DNA of 64,000 nucleotides from Marsupella aquatica (Eukaryota; Plantae; Marchantiophyta): positions 15,778,330-15,842,329 of the forward strand of contig OZ316898.1 in NCBI GenBank assembly GCA_973895155.1, written 5' to 3'. Shown here piece after piece: positions 25,952 through 39,577 of the stretch (positions are counted from its first letter, which is position 1; each line of letters begins with the position of its first letter). The translations under genes and the position numbers were made by a program. The notes under the pieces were generated by a model, which searched no databases, was not told the DNA's origin, and saw only the letters and a list, made by a program, of their open reading frames with translations.

Positions 25952-28900
25952 TCATGGCAGCGGTGTCTGGTCCTCAATGGACGCCCCCAATACTTCCTCC
26001 GCAGCCACTACCGTAGGTCCGTCCTCTGACAGATTACCTCCTCCGAACCGAGTCAACTCTCCATTGGCCTGACTGGGTCCACCCTCGGCTTTGGCCTCAG
26101 CATCGGTCACGGCCTCCCCGGCATGCTCTAGTGGTGGATCCGGTACCCTGGCTTCATCATCGAGTATCCTGGCCTCGGGTTTGCCATCGCCGCCTTCTAG
26201 GGCAGTTGGATCCTCTGCCGTGACCCTGCCTGAGGTTGGTACTGGGTTTACCTCCTTGGTCACGACGGCTTGAGGAGCCGTATTACTCCCTGACCCAGAA
26301 GCTTTCCGCTTCATCTTCTTTGGTTCGGCAGCTGGCCCCTTCCCCTTGCCACTTACCTCCGGCACCGGTGCGAGTGTCTCGGCTTGTCCTTTGGCCAGTA
26401 CTACTCCTGGCAACTTGGTTGCCCCAATTGGAGTTGGACCTGAGGAAGCCAAGCACTTAAATACTGCGGCCTATTTCTTCAGCCGCTCCGTTGTCCGGGG
26501 AACCGTTTAAAGCGGTCTGAAAAACTAGTTTTAACAATGTCTTAGGGACTTACATTTACTTTAATATCATGTATTTTTGTTTCTTAATATGTTTCAATTC
26601 GTGTTATGAGGCTCTACTTAACATTAATTCAGTTAATTTTATTTCTTCCTTTCATTCTTCCTTCCTTTTAAGATCTGATATAAAGTTCTTTAGAAAAATT
26701 TAAATAAATAGGTCATTTTAAACTGAAGGTTTTAGTAAATCATTCTCATTCATCCATTGATAACTTTTAAACAAAGCATAGCATGTTATAAGTGTGTTTA
26801 AGACCCATTCTTTATTTCCTTGTTGAAATTCACTCTTCAGCTTTAGGTTTCCATGTACTATTCATCTTTGCTTTCATACACATCTCGTTTTTCTGAATTC
26901 AAAATTTTGATACTCTTCTTTATTCAAAGATCTCTAAAGTTTAGAGATTACAAACAATAATTTTATGTCCTTTGCAGTTTGGTCATTCTTCAGCTGGGGT
27001 TTCAGCCTCAGTTCAGATCAACTCAGGTCATTCAATTGGGTCAGGTAACGTCAGTCGTGCTTTCAAGTTCCAATTCTAATCGGGTTGCCCATTGGACTTA
27101 GTTTCTTCCAGGATTCGGGGTTCATTCATGGTCACTTCCAGAATTCCTCAAACTCATCCTTGACTTTTTCTTTGAGTTAGGGATCTTTTTTTTTAATTTC
27201 ATGTCTTTAAGTTTTTCCATTTTTCACTTTCCCTATCCACTATAGTGCAATTCAGTTGTCCTTGACTGAATAATTTGGATCTTTCTTTTCCTGCTTCTTG
27301 TTCTCTGCTGCCGATTTCTCCTTGTGTTCTCGTGAATGAAATTAATTCCCGCTTCATATTCTCGCTCGGTGCTCACTACATTCGTTTTGCAATCTACTTC
27401 AATCCTTCTTCGTTCTTAATGTTCCCTTCTCTCTTTTCACCTTTTCACTTTAACATTTACCATTGCCCGTTTATTCCCTTTCTTCAGCCGAAATCCTTTA
27501 TTCACTCGAAAGCTCTGAACTCAGATTGCGCTTGAACAGTATGTTTCTATGAAGTTTTAAAATTCCCCGTCCACTACTCCCCCGAATTCGTCTCTCTCTT
27601 TTCCTCTGGACTCCCGAGCGCACGCCTCTTTTCTCTCTTATGAGCTCTCCATAACGCTCTTCCTCTCGACAACAACTTCTCGTGAACTCTTCCTCTCCAT
27701 CATCCTTATCCCCTTCTTCTCTTGACACTTATCGACTGCCTCCATTAATCCTGTGGTGATGCTTCCTTTCTTCTCATTCTTCTCCGCTGAAGCTCTTTTC
27801 CCTCGAAGGCTCTCTGTGATTATGCCTACTCACATTTCACTCTTCATGTCGCAGCCTGAATTTGACGTCGTCGCCGCCTCGTCAGCCAGCTTCAGCCGAT
27901 CGGCACAAGAAAACGAAGCTCCTCCAAATTCGATCCGAAAAGCCACCGAAGTCAGATCGCGCACACCCTTTTCACTCCCAGACCATCAATTTTTCACTTT
28001 CTCATCTGAATTCTTATCGAGAGCTTCCCTTCACAGACGCATCTCCTTTCTCCCACTCATTTCTTTCCAAGCATCTTCAGCATTTTCTCAGCTTAACGTT
28101 CATCTGACTTTACCTCAGCCATCGAAACTCGCTTCTGCATTTCATAATGTTTTCTCCGAAGACTCTCCATTTAATTGCGCAAGCTCACACATCTCAAGTT
28201 CTTTTTCTCCCTCGATCGCTTGAATTCAAATCATCTTCTCTTTTCCTTGTTCTCACAGGCGTAACTCTACAGGTTCCACATTCCACTCCTCTATAAGAAC
28301 GATCCGTGCCTGCTCACAAAGGTTCATCACTTCGACCTCTAACAATGGCTTGCACTCCAGAAACTGCTCTATCTGCTTATCCACATCCCACAGCTTCAAT
28401 TCCTCCCTGGATCACTTCAATTGCTTATCATCGTCCCTTTCCATTTCCCCTCCTCTGATGAAGTCCCCAATTCACTCGAATGCCCTGGACTCTGATCACG
28501 CGCGCCTCCTTCCCAGTTCATTGATTTCCACCTCTTTCCTGAACTCCTCTCGAAATTGCTTGTTATTCCACGATCGTCTCCTCGTTCCAAATCAAATCCC
28601 CTCTTGATCATCCCATCCGTTCCATCTTGCTCTGCAACCTACACCCCGCAGACACTCGGCCATTTTCCTTTTCCTCCCCTGAACCTTCATCGCGCGCGTC
28701 ACCGTTTCATCCTCATGACCCTTATGAATTCAAATCCTCCCAGGCCACCACATGTCACTTCCACAATAAAAGTCTCAATTTTCTTTAACCTAAGCTCCAA
28801 CTCCCACTTATTTATTCCTCTTTTGACTTATTATCCTTCAACTTAAACTCAGATTGTTTCTTTTGCACCACAACTAGAGATGCCTTCCAAACTGAACTAA

Positions 28901-31900
28901 AAACAAGTCACCCTATTCCGGCACTTCCCACTTCATCCGTCCAATATTTTCCCCGACGACACTGTTTGGTTGTCGGCTCACCGTTGTAAGTTCTCCATCT
29001 TCCGCGTGCTTTCCTCCAACTCCTCCTGCAATTCATCCAGGTCCTTGCGCGCCTCCTCCCGCTCCTTCTCGGCTTCCTCCAATTCCTTCTTTAAGGTAGC
29101 CCTCTCCTCTTGGGTTGCTCTCAGCTCCTCGTCGAGCTCCGTAACGACCTCAGACTCCATTTTATTCATCTTGGCATAAGTCTGGTCGAGCTGGTCGTCT
29201 TTCTCACGGAGGTCGGCCTTGAAGCTGGCCGTCATGGATGCAAGCTCCTGCCGTAGCACAATGATCTCCTGATAGGATTTTCCTAACTCAGCTTCCTTCT
29301 GCTCAAGGGCTTCGCGGATATCCTCGAGTTCCCCCTTCAGCGCCCTTTCCCTTCTCTGAGTTTCTGCCATGGCCCGATTGTTGGCTGCTATGTGGGCCTC
29401 CTCTGCATTTCTCAGCTCTCGCTTCCACTTCTCCTTCTCCTTGATCGAATCGGCCAGCTCATCTTGGGTCCAAGTCAGTTTATCCTTGATAATATGATTA
29501 TCAGAGTGCGCGGTATCCAATTGCCCCTGCATGATGTTGAGCTCATGCCGCTTAATCCGCAACTCATCTTGGGCTTTCTTGGCCGCCTTTAGGTCTTCTA
29601 CCTTGGCTTCCCTTGCCCTAAGCCAACGGATGACCTCATCCTTCTTGCTTCTCTCCAAAGCCACCGCTTCTTCTAATTGGCGCTTCTCCAACATTTCCCT
29701 CTGGAAAAGGGTCCCTGCTCCAACTCCTCCCCAAAGATGCCAAGCGCAAGTTCCCCACACATCTCCCCGTACTCCATGGCTTGTTCTTTAGCATAGGCAG
29801 AGTGAGTAGAAGTCATCGGCATCATCCACCGCGGCCTTTGTTCCCAAGACGCCTTGCCAATTTCTTCTATCGTGGCTGGAGGGCTGCTTTGTTTTTCTGC
29901 AAGCCGCCTTATGTCCTCTGGCCATTCTCCTCCTAGTAAATCTTTCTCCCTAGCCAGGGCTGCCACTTCTTCCTCCCTCAGTCTGTTTTATGTCGTCAAA
30001 GCTCGGGGAGCGACATCTGGTGGGGGAGACTCGGGGCTGCTCTGCTGGGTCGGGTCCCCTCGAACTACTCTTGGAAGGGTGGGGATGAACCTGCCACAGG
30101 TCCTTAATCTTGGAACATGATGGTCCGACCTGTAGCCGGGGTCATCATTGTCGTAGCCTTCTACCGCCTCCTCCTCGGTTTGGACTACTGGCTCCCCCCG
30201 CTGCTGTCCTGGTCTTGCCGTGAACACGGCCTCACAGATCACGGGTCCTGGTTCCTCCGGCTTCCACGTTGATCTCATCTTCTCCCTGTCGCGACCAGGA
30301 GCTTCGGGCTGCTTTTCCTCGGCTTCGGGACTTGAAGCTCCTACATACATTCGGACTCCCGGCTCGTGTTCCGGCCTCCTTCTCTCGTTGACCCCGGTAA
30401 AGGGGTTTTCCCTGGTAAGTTGGCTAAGGCCGACTTTGGGAGCAGTATTTTGTACCGTTGCCGTTGCCGTTGCCGTTCTCCTTTCCTTCTCCAGCAATTT
30501 CAGCAGATTTTGCATGCCTGGTTGCTGCATTGGCAAGTCCTCCTTCCTCGGCCTAAACACCTGCTCGATTGTAGGACTGTTGGGCTGGGTCGGTTTCTCT
30601 GTTGCCAGCCTCGGTTCCGGAACCCCAACTGGTGCTCTTGCCTGCAGGGGCAGTACCGGGGCGAATATCTGACTTTGGGCATACCGGCACAACAGCGGCA
30701 TATGATAACCAAGCCGGGACACGCTTCCCATGCCGATCACCAACTATTCCTCCTTCAAGATCTTCTTCAGTTGGGTGAGGAGGTACCCGTTGTAGTCTCG
30801 GCTTAGGTCTGGCCTCTCCACCAGATAGACCTGTGCCTTGCCGATCTCTGCCCTCGGCAATTTACAATGCATGGTCACCCGCAAGAAATTGATCATTTCT
30901 CCTATGTGCGGGTTGGTGCAGGTGTTTTGGAAGAAGCCATTCTTTGTTGATGGCCCTGGAAACAACCGGAACTCCTTGTCTGGCAAGGTCTTCCTGGTAT
31001 CTACTTTGGTCTTATTGCCCATTGGCAAGCCAAATACTTCGGCAATCACCAGGGGAGTGAGATAGAAATCCTTCCCATACACCCTTGTGGAATTGGTCTC
31101 GGGCTCCCATGATCCCACAAATTCTAGTAAGTCTGAATCCGGCACCTCCGGTTTTAGCCATGGTAACTTTACGAAGGCTTCCAAGCCGGATCCGGCCATG
31201 AGCCCTGGTATTTCCGGGTCTGCATAGCCGTAAAGCATGCATCCTCTTCCCGTGCAAAGTGTAATTGCACCTCCTCGGGGAGGGTTGCCGCCCAGCCTTT
31301 CCAGGTGTCATCTCTTGTTGGAACGGCATTGATGGGGTCGACCTCCTCCTCTTTGGCTTCCGCCTGCCTCCTGCTTCCCTGCTCTGCTGGTTTCCTGGGT
31401 GCCGCCGACCTCGTTCTTTTTGCAGGATTGGCTTCTTCATTGTTGTTCCCTTTCCTCTTCATAGCGGCTGTCGTGGATGTTTCTCCTAGCACGGTTGCCT
31501 TTGTCCACCCCTCCGTGCTACCCTTCAACTCCCAGTGTATGTAGTTGCAGCGGTTGATGGCCTCCCGGATGCCGACTTCTGTTCTCACAAAACAAAAGAT
31601 CGTCGAGTTTGTCGGCAGTAGGCATCCACAAGAATTCAGCCGTAATGAGTTCTCCTCCTAAGAAAGTAGACTTCTGTAGCTCCCACAGCCGAGCGAGCTC
31701 CTACCATTCTCGAGCCGCTCTCTCCGATTCTTTGTCCTCGTAGGTCCCAATGTACTTAGTTGCCCGTTCTAACAGGCATCCCCAAAAATGAGCAACTTGG
31801 TTGACGTTGCTCATACCCTTCTTGAGTTGATTGTCAGTATCTGCTTCCACCCCGAGTGCTTGCTTGAGCAACGGACAGTAGTTGGCCTCCCATAGTCGTC

Positions 31901-32078
31901 TGCTTGGCTCATGCTTGCAAATGAGCCGCCATTCCTTGCGATCGGTCCTTACCCCCCCTGGCTGGTCTTCCTTCCCGTTGGTTACCCATAGCCGTTGGTA
32001 CTTAGCGCGCCCTAACCCTAATCGTGTTCCCTCCCCCGACGTCCTTACTTTCGGCCTCGGCTCGGGTTCCATAGTCAC
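25952..32078 (-). pseudogene. Long TE accessory ORF (basic N-terminus, plant-mobile-like domain, coiled coil, low-complexity tail), split by a Ginger insertion
   Basis: Chain of ORFs 31701-32078, 31169-31588, 30744-31238, 29988-30743, 29673-29966, 28978-29760 and 25952-26452; strongly similar to 39693-42264. Confidence 0.75.
26492..28961 (-). mobile_element. Ginger-like non-autonomous element, copy 2
   Basis: Minus-strand start TGTCGTCGGGGAAAA and end ...GGTTCCCCGGACA. Flanks CCGT (26488-26491) and CTGT (28962-28965) fit a 4-bp TSD with one CpG transition. The host ORF resumes across it. Confidence 0.75.
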
Positions 32079-33699
32079 CCTTAATTGTTTATATTTCCCT
32101 ATTTTGTTACTATACTAAGGTGTTTCCTAGGGTACACTCCTGATTTTACTATTTAAACTGGCCTAATGATTCCTGGCTAGGCATCACAATCGATCACTAG
32201 CAAATTAAAGTGATGCTTCCATTTTTTGTGGTTAGACAATTAAAAGTTGTGTAGGCTAACTTGCTGGATGGTAGCTTGACATGACAACCCACGGTGGTGA
32301 TAGCCCATGGTGGTTTTGACAATGGTTAGTACAATTATGACCAAACATTGAGGTTGGAAGTTCCCTTTATGGATTTTTCTTCTAGTGGTGAAAGTAAAAT
32401 CACCTAGTGCAAGTTTGAATTTGAATAAAATTACTAATGTGGTGGCAATCAATAGTAGTATTGTAATTGATTAAAATACTAAAATCTGTGGTTTGCGTGT
32501 TAAAATTTAGTTTTTCTAAAGACAAATGTATTATGAGTACTAATTTCCAAGATTATATCCCTCGTGAGAACCCAAAATGATAAAGGACTATATTTTGTGA
32601 ATGAAATGAATTAAGTATGTGTTAAGTCTAAAACATAGGGCTAACATAGTGTCACACCGACTGGTTTATTCTGGTGCTGCTGCCAGTGACTCAAGAAGTA
32701 GTTGTATGCAAACAACTAATGGGGCCGGCCATGTACTTGGAAATAGTTTTCAGTAAAAGAAAACAAAAAACAGAGTTTAGTGATATTGTGTGTAAAATGG
32801 AGTTTCATTATATAGTACCCAAGTGTTTAGTGTGTGCTAGTAAAAGTATGAAATTCTAGTAGTATCTAGAACAAAACTAGTAATAGAGGATAAACATGAT
32901 CTTGTAAGTATGATAGTTGAAGAAAGGTTGAGAGGATTGATGTGCATGTGTCTAAGTAATATTATAGTTCATCACTCACACCAAATGAAAGGGGTTTTCA
33001 GTTGCATGTCTTAAGTATGAGTGGTTGTAGAGTGCACATAATGGAAGTGAGTTAAAAAAGCAACAATGGATTTAAATCAACCACCAACAGTCATACATAT
33101 GTTGCTTTCAAACCTAACCCTTCAGATTATGGTACAAAAAAAATGGATCATCGTGAAATGCTTGTGAGAAAGTTTGGAGAGGATGGATACAATGCTATCA
33201 TTGCTTCAAAGGAGCCTTTAATCCTCCAAGGATTCCACAAAATACTACATGTATCTGGATTTTTGTGTGAAAAATAAACCGTAAGAACTTTGTTATTTAG
33301 ACTAGTTGGTCAATTGACGTCATAAGTAGAAAAAATGAGTTACAAACTACTAGGGGTATTTTAGTGACAAGACGGAGCAGCACAACAATATGCAGTGTTG
33401 ATTTAGAGCTAACTCTTTAGATGTTTGTAATTATTGATAGCAAGATACTTGGCATTGTTAGCATGAGATAGTGCATAGTAGACCAAACCTTATTGCATTA
33501 AGGTTCTATCACACTAAAAGATTAGTCCTTACACGGATTTTGGCTTTGGATGACATAAACTTCATTAGTATTGAGGGTTCGGGCAAGGAGGGATGTGTCA
33601 TATGATCTCTTTCATTGTACAAATCAGGGCTTAATAATAGCGCCCAACTATACATACACACACATCATAGGTATCCTTTGTGTTCCGCCGATGGAGCAT

Positions 33700-36600
33700 A
33701 CCGTATGTCAATAGCTCGGACCGACCCCGGCCTAAGGACTTTTAAGCCTTTGTGTTGTCCGCCTCCAATCCGGATCCATTGATAGGGCTCTCAACCCGGG
33801 CTTGCAACCACTGTCCGCTATTGGCACCCCGTGCACGGCCCACACAATGCGTTTGGCCAAGCATCTCTGCACGTATACTAGACTGATGACTGTGACAGAT
33901 TTCACAACATACAATCCCGATTTACACAAAGGAAATAGTGGGGTAAAGACTTTACTTCAAAATCTGTTATACACATACACACAATTGACTTGACTTCTTT
34001 TGAACTAGCAAGCCCAATGGCGGTGAGATGGGGGTATTTACAAACAACAGGAAACAGGAAACAGTAACAGGAAACAGTTACTGGTAACAGAAAAGTGGGT
34101 GGTAATTTTTTTGGATTTTTTTTTGAAAATTTTTTTTTGGGGAAAAAAAGTTTTTTTTGTTTTGGTTTGTCATCATCATATTGCTAGCGCCCAGAGCTAA
34201 CAATAGCAGCGCTTGGCGCTCGCAAAAAAAACCCATGATTTTAATTATTTTGAAAAATAAGACTTTAAATGGTACATTTTTAGATCGTGTTTTTTACTGG
34301 TAACAATAAAATTTTCCTGGTAACAGGAAACTTTTTGCTAGTACCAGTAATCCTATTTTCCTGTTTCCTGTCTTGGTGGTGATGCTCGTGAGATGTACAC
34401 TACAACAGAGCCCGGCTTTGCTCTCGCCCAACAAGATTAGTCTTACACCCACCCCTTGGTGCCATGTAGTCCCAAAGGCCAGGATTCCCCACACATCATG
34501 CGACTACCCGGTTCTAAACCTAAAGTCCCCTCCCTTGCCTCTACCAGAGAGTGCACTAAATACCGGTCTAAGGGTTGTGACCTAGAACGGCCAACAACGC
34601 TGAATCTATCCTAACCTAAGCTTCCTCTAACTGTTAAAATGCAAAATGGCGTGTCCTATCCTAAGATTATGTGCTAAGTAAGGTCGGTCGGATAAGACAA
34701 TGCCACTAACTAGTTTTGGCGCTTGTCTCCAACAACCAACTTTCCTATCTAATCTTGACTTTACTCTAAACCTACCCCGGTGCTAATGTCTGGCATGTTT
34801 GCCACACCCACCTGAGATAGACCTCAAACAGCCATCCTGTTGCCTCCTCAAACGGTCTACGTCCTGCTTGAGTAGCTGGACTTGATCTTGGAGAGCTCGG
34901 TTCTCTCTCTTCGCTGCGTTTGTCTATTTTGCGGCATCTTGGCATGCCTCTTTTAGCTATTGGGCGTCATTTGTCAATTGTGCCACCAACTGGTCTTGCT
35001 TTGTGGCCTCTTGTAGAAGCTGCACCACCTCCGCTTTCATAGCGTCGACCTCCGTTGCATCTCTCTAAGCATGAGCTTTGGAGTGGTGGACCTTGCCACC
35101 CAGCGCCCTCACCAATCCCAATACCCACGCCTGAGTGCCCTTGGTGCCCAAACGCCTCCACGTAATACCTCGAGCAAGCAACCTAGTGCCCCTTGCACCA
35201 CCAGCGGCCCCTCCCATACAAAGTTGCACTTTCTCTCCAACACGATTGCTACTCAACAATCCTCACTGTCTGCACAAGCAACCAAGCATCACGGTAAGTA
35301 ACCCTTCAGGCTCTAGATCTCCCCCAAGTCTAGCATCGTAACTTAAGCTCAATAGACATTGGTAAGTACGTCAGCAATAGGTCCTCTCGATGCCATAAAC
35401 CGGCCGGAACCAGAATCGACACCCACAGTTTGTCTAGAACAACTCCTTCCTTGGGCGCAGCCCGGGTTCCCCCTTGTACTTATCCATCACCAATTGACCA
35501 CCCTGTCCCCAAGACATGCTCATGGCCCCAAATAGTGTAGCTTGTCCTAAGCTTGTCCCAACACGTCGGGACCAGAATGGCCCCGGCTTTAGCAACCACT
35601 TCCAGTTCTTGCCCCACCGATGGCCTAGGGGCCAAATGTTCTTGGAACTCAACCTCCATGCCTACTTGGCCTTGCCTCCCCAACGCAAGCTCCCTTGAGA
35701 GACGGAACGTGGCTTGGCTGCTATTTCGGCAGGATTTGGCAAGCGGGCAAAATAACACCCGAAAACCCTGAGTACCTACAACACCTCCAGACCCAGCTGA
35801 GATCAGGAAACATAACCCTCCTTGAGAGCTTTCCAACGAATCCAAGAAGTCCTCCAACGGACTTCCCGTTGGGAAGTTATGGCCGTTTCTGTTTGATATT
35901 TTCCCTTAGTGTCGCAACCACCGCGGCTCACGACTTCGGCTCGCCCCTTAGCCCCCAGGGAGATACCACTCCCCTCATATGGCCTCATTCACAATTGGGT
36001 GTACCTCGCAGGAATCACTTTCAGGACTCAAAAACATGTTTTTTTAGTGAAAAATGACTTTTGTAACGTGGAAAAAGCTTCACCATGATTTTATCTGAAG
36101 ACATTTAACTCTAATTTTTTCAAAGACTATTTTACATGGTGTAACCTACCTCACCATGTAGATAAATCAAGTTTTCAACTGTTTTAAGGGATCCTATTAT
36201 TGTTGGCCCTAAATAAGCCAAAATTACTGATTATTTTTGTCTTGTACATAAAGGTTTAGTGTGTGTCAGTATTTGAGTTTTGAAATATAAGATTATTCTA
36301 TTAGTATGCATGCTTTGGTAAAATTTCATTGTCTAAAATGCATTTTTTAGAGTCCTTTTGAGTCCTGAAATGATGTGACTTGTTGCGTGACAAGTCCTTT
36401 TATCAATCTTTGAAGGACATATAAGGAAATCTTCAAAGTCTCAAATGCTAGATAGTTTAATGAATGTTACCAACCTATAGGATGTTTATTAAGTATAGTA
36501 CATCAAATTTTCTATATCATCTCATTACACCCTACAAATGATATCCTAAAGCATAATAAACTATGGTCACTTTTGAGTGTGACGTTCCTTTTGGGTCCTC

Positions 36601-39200
36601 CAATTGTGAATGAGGCCATATATGCTTTTGGAGACCTGCCACCCCCGGACCAACTTTGGTCCTCAAACTTCTGGTCCCCAACCTGGACCCTATCTCGCAT
36701 GTCTGGGCGTGCCACCAACTGGCAACGCCCATAACTTCCTAGTTAGGCATCCGCAAGCGGAGTGCCTTAGCCCATTGTGATTGGGCCAACCTAGTGCTCA
36801 TGCCTAGGCCCTTAGATCTCATTTCAGCTCAAGACCCCCGATCGGCCAAACCCGGATCGGGCCATAACTCATGCCCCAAGCGTCCGTTGCCCATGGCATC
36901 AACTCCATTGGCCTTGGGCCCATAGAGGAGCTCGACCTCAAGCCCTTAGAACTCAAAGTCCGTCCGAGGGTCCGGACGGTCAACCTTGAGCCTGGCCCTT
37001 TTCCCCTTGATCCGACCAACTCTCAGCTAGTCTAAGTCCTTAGTGTGTGTCACTAGCTTGGCACCTTGCCTTTGCCAATGCCATGTCTCATTGCCCACAA
37101 GTCTCCCCATGCCAAGTCCTCCCTAGATGGCCTATCCAAGCCTGGACCATAAGGGAGCTTGGCGTTGGAGTCAGCAACGCCGGAGCTAAGTGTTAAGGTA
37201 GTCGAGTTCTGCAACTTTTGGCCTCCTCTAGGTCCTTTTGCCAAGTGACAACTTGTCCCTTAAAGCTATCAATTTGTGTCCGAAGCCGTGCAATCTCTGC
37301 ATGCTTTCCGGCTCCAGCTTGCATGGCCAAGGTTGTTTTGGCTTTGGTGACCAGGGCCAGGGCGGTTGCAAGTCGGGGCCAAAGAAGTTGTAGCTTGGTT
37401 TCTCGAGCTAAGGCTTTGTCAAATAGTTGGATTGCCTCAACCCAATGCTCCTCCATTCTCTTCACGGCCTCAGACTGGACATGACCTGTCTTCATTGCTG
37501 CAACTAGTTCTTGGTTGAAAAAGTAAGCTACCTTGCAGGCCATAAACTCTCCTAAATCTTGGTCAACTTCCATGGAGAAGCTGCCAAGTAACCCATGCAT
37601 TTAAATATGTACTTAGACTGAAGAATTCCGGGTTCACTAGGCCATGCCCGCTAGAGTTCGGGCACGGCTCTACCTTTGCTTGGTTCAGGGTAGGGGTGGA
37701 TAAGTCCCCGAGTAAGTCCAATGATGGGGTGACATGGACAGGGAGAGGTAGATCTGCTAAAGGGAGGGGGTCTGTTGGGGCTGGTGCAGGGGATGCGGGA
37801 TTCTCCTCCACAACAAGGGCTTTTGACTCAGGGTCAGCTACAAGGGGCTGTTCGAGGTGGTTGCCCAAGCTTGGTTCTATGCTTCCAAGGCCGTGATAAC
37901 TGCCGTATCCGGCAAGACAAAGGAAGCCCCATTAGTTGGCTTCAGGGTAGGATTGGGGATGGGGCCACAAGTGCTAAATTCCGGGTCTCGGGTTGGGCCC
38001 GCCTCTCCTAACTTGGGAAGACCCACCTGGACTGGATAAGCTCAGGCTCATTACACTGGGGAAGCATCCGATGATCAAAATGGGCGTACCACTCCATGAT
38101 GATTTCAATGTGGTTGGCTAAGTACGCCTTCCCCCCAAGGAACAAGGTCTTTCTTTGTCGCTCCATCTCCTCTTGAAACTTCTTGACAAAGAAAGAAGCC
38201 CACTTCCTAGGCTGGTAATTCTCTAATTGAATAACCTGGGCAATGGATATCTCTCCCCCTGGGTTCCATCATGTGGAGCACATAACACTGAAACTCTAGC
38301 TGCTCTGCTACCTTTGGGATGATGCACATCCATATAAGGAAGACGTTGTCGACCGACCCATCGGATGTGAAGCTAGACAAATGGTACTTGGCTCCCTTGC
38401 CCCCTGGAGCTTGTGACTGTACCCAATCCTTTCCTTTGGGTAGGCCAAAGGTGAGTTTGAGCCGTGCTTTGTTTAAGGACATCAGTCATCCTTGCGCACG
38501 GGTTTCTTGGCCGGCCTTGTTGAAGTTTTGGATAAACTTTGTCATGTCTTGCTTGTAGTACCTGCAAGTGTTCCAAAGAAGAGTGAAGAGGTGCTCAAAC
38601 CCTTGGGTCTTCAAGTAACATGCATGCTTTGGGTGGAGGATGTTTTTCTCAACATTCTCCCTCATCCGATACATGGTCAGCTTGGCCACCGCGATCATGG
38701 CTACGGGTAAGCCAGCCGTTGAGGCCGGCTCCTTCCTCTTTCTACCCCAAGAATGGTTTCCGGGGTGACTTGCCAAGGGTGACAACTCTCCATCTTCCCT
38801 CTCTAGTGGTGACTGTATTGCTACCGCCATCAATACGGGCGCCGGGGCCGCAACCGTGACCGTAGTGTCACCCGAGGCTGTATCCTGGGTTTGTGCTTGT
38901 TGGGGAAGTGGCATGGTACCCTCCAAGTAGTAGGTGGGTTGCGGACAAAGGGGATGACCTCCTCATCCTCTAAGCTTAGGTTGACCGCGTTTACCACAGA
39001 TCGCACCCAAGCAAGCGGTGCAACCAGTGGTGGAGAGCGGTTTGAGGGGGCTCGGGGTGGCATCTGAGCTGGCCTTGCCCAAGAGGGTTCATTGCCGGTG
39101 CCGCTGGAGGAGGTGCCATGGGAGCCAAAGTTCCAGACGCAAAGCCGAACGACAATGGAATTGATGAGGGTCCTCCAAAATTTGGGCTAGTGCCAAATCA
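33700..39200 (-). mobile_element. Decayed TE with accessory ORF(s), related to 57760-59168; ends not resolved
   Basis: ORFs 38486-38926, 38207-38482, 37563-37868 and 37193-37600 (KVAYFFNQELVAA...IARLRTQID) match 57831-58763. The segment 33770-34600 matches the reverse complement of ~58760-59168. Confidence 0.55.
34031..34387 (+). mobile_element. 357-bp MITE of the MULE family, retaining both ends and two palindrome copies
   Basis: Starts GGGGTATTTACAAACAACAGGAAACAG and ends CTGTTTCCTGTCTTGGTGGTGATGCTC. 8-bp TSD GTGAGATG (34023-34030 and 34388-34395). Palindromes at 34185 and 34207. An empty-site-like homolog is at ~58905-58960. Confidence 0.85.
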
Positions 39201-39577
39201 ACAGTCAAGGAATGCCTGCACCATGGCGGGTATGTTGTCAAAGTGATGTTGCTATAAGTCTACCATGCCAGGGATCTTGAAAACCTTATCCGGGAGTCAG
39301 AGGAGTGCTTCTCCAAAACCAAGGTACTTGGTTCCCTCGAAGAAGAACTCAAAAATCTTTGCGCCTTTGCAGTACTTGCTCTTGAATGGAAGGTTGAGGT
39401 TGTTGTTGTAATGAGAATGCCCGTTCAAATGAATAAGCCATTCGTAATACTTTTTGGCTTTGTACTTTTGTGGGTTGTGTTGTGCAAGTGAGGCCGCAAG
39501 ATGATTACCAATGGAGAGGAATTGATACCAGAAATGAATAGCAAAACTGGACATAATAGTGACAAACATGTGGTGGC

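Larger units (their letters stand above)
25045..32188 (-). mobile_element. TG...CA element with 5-bp TSD (solo-LTR-like, ~4.7 kb net) containing a long decayed ORF
   Basis: Termini TGTGGTGC...GCATCACA (8-bp imperfect IR); TSD ATCGA at 25040-25044 and 32189-32193. No internal LTR pair and no RT seen. Confidence 0.8.

Noticed and set aside
28978-29760. Coiled-coil ORF as a host myosin/SMC-like gene
   Set aside because: It is part of a repeated, stop-containing TE ORF.
32196-32387. CACTAG...CTAGTG as a small CACTA MITE
   Set aside because: The 3-bp flanks differ (GAT versus GTG) and the IR does not extend.
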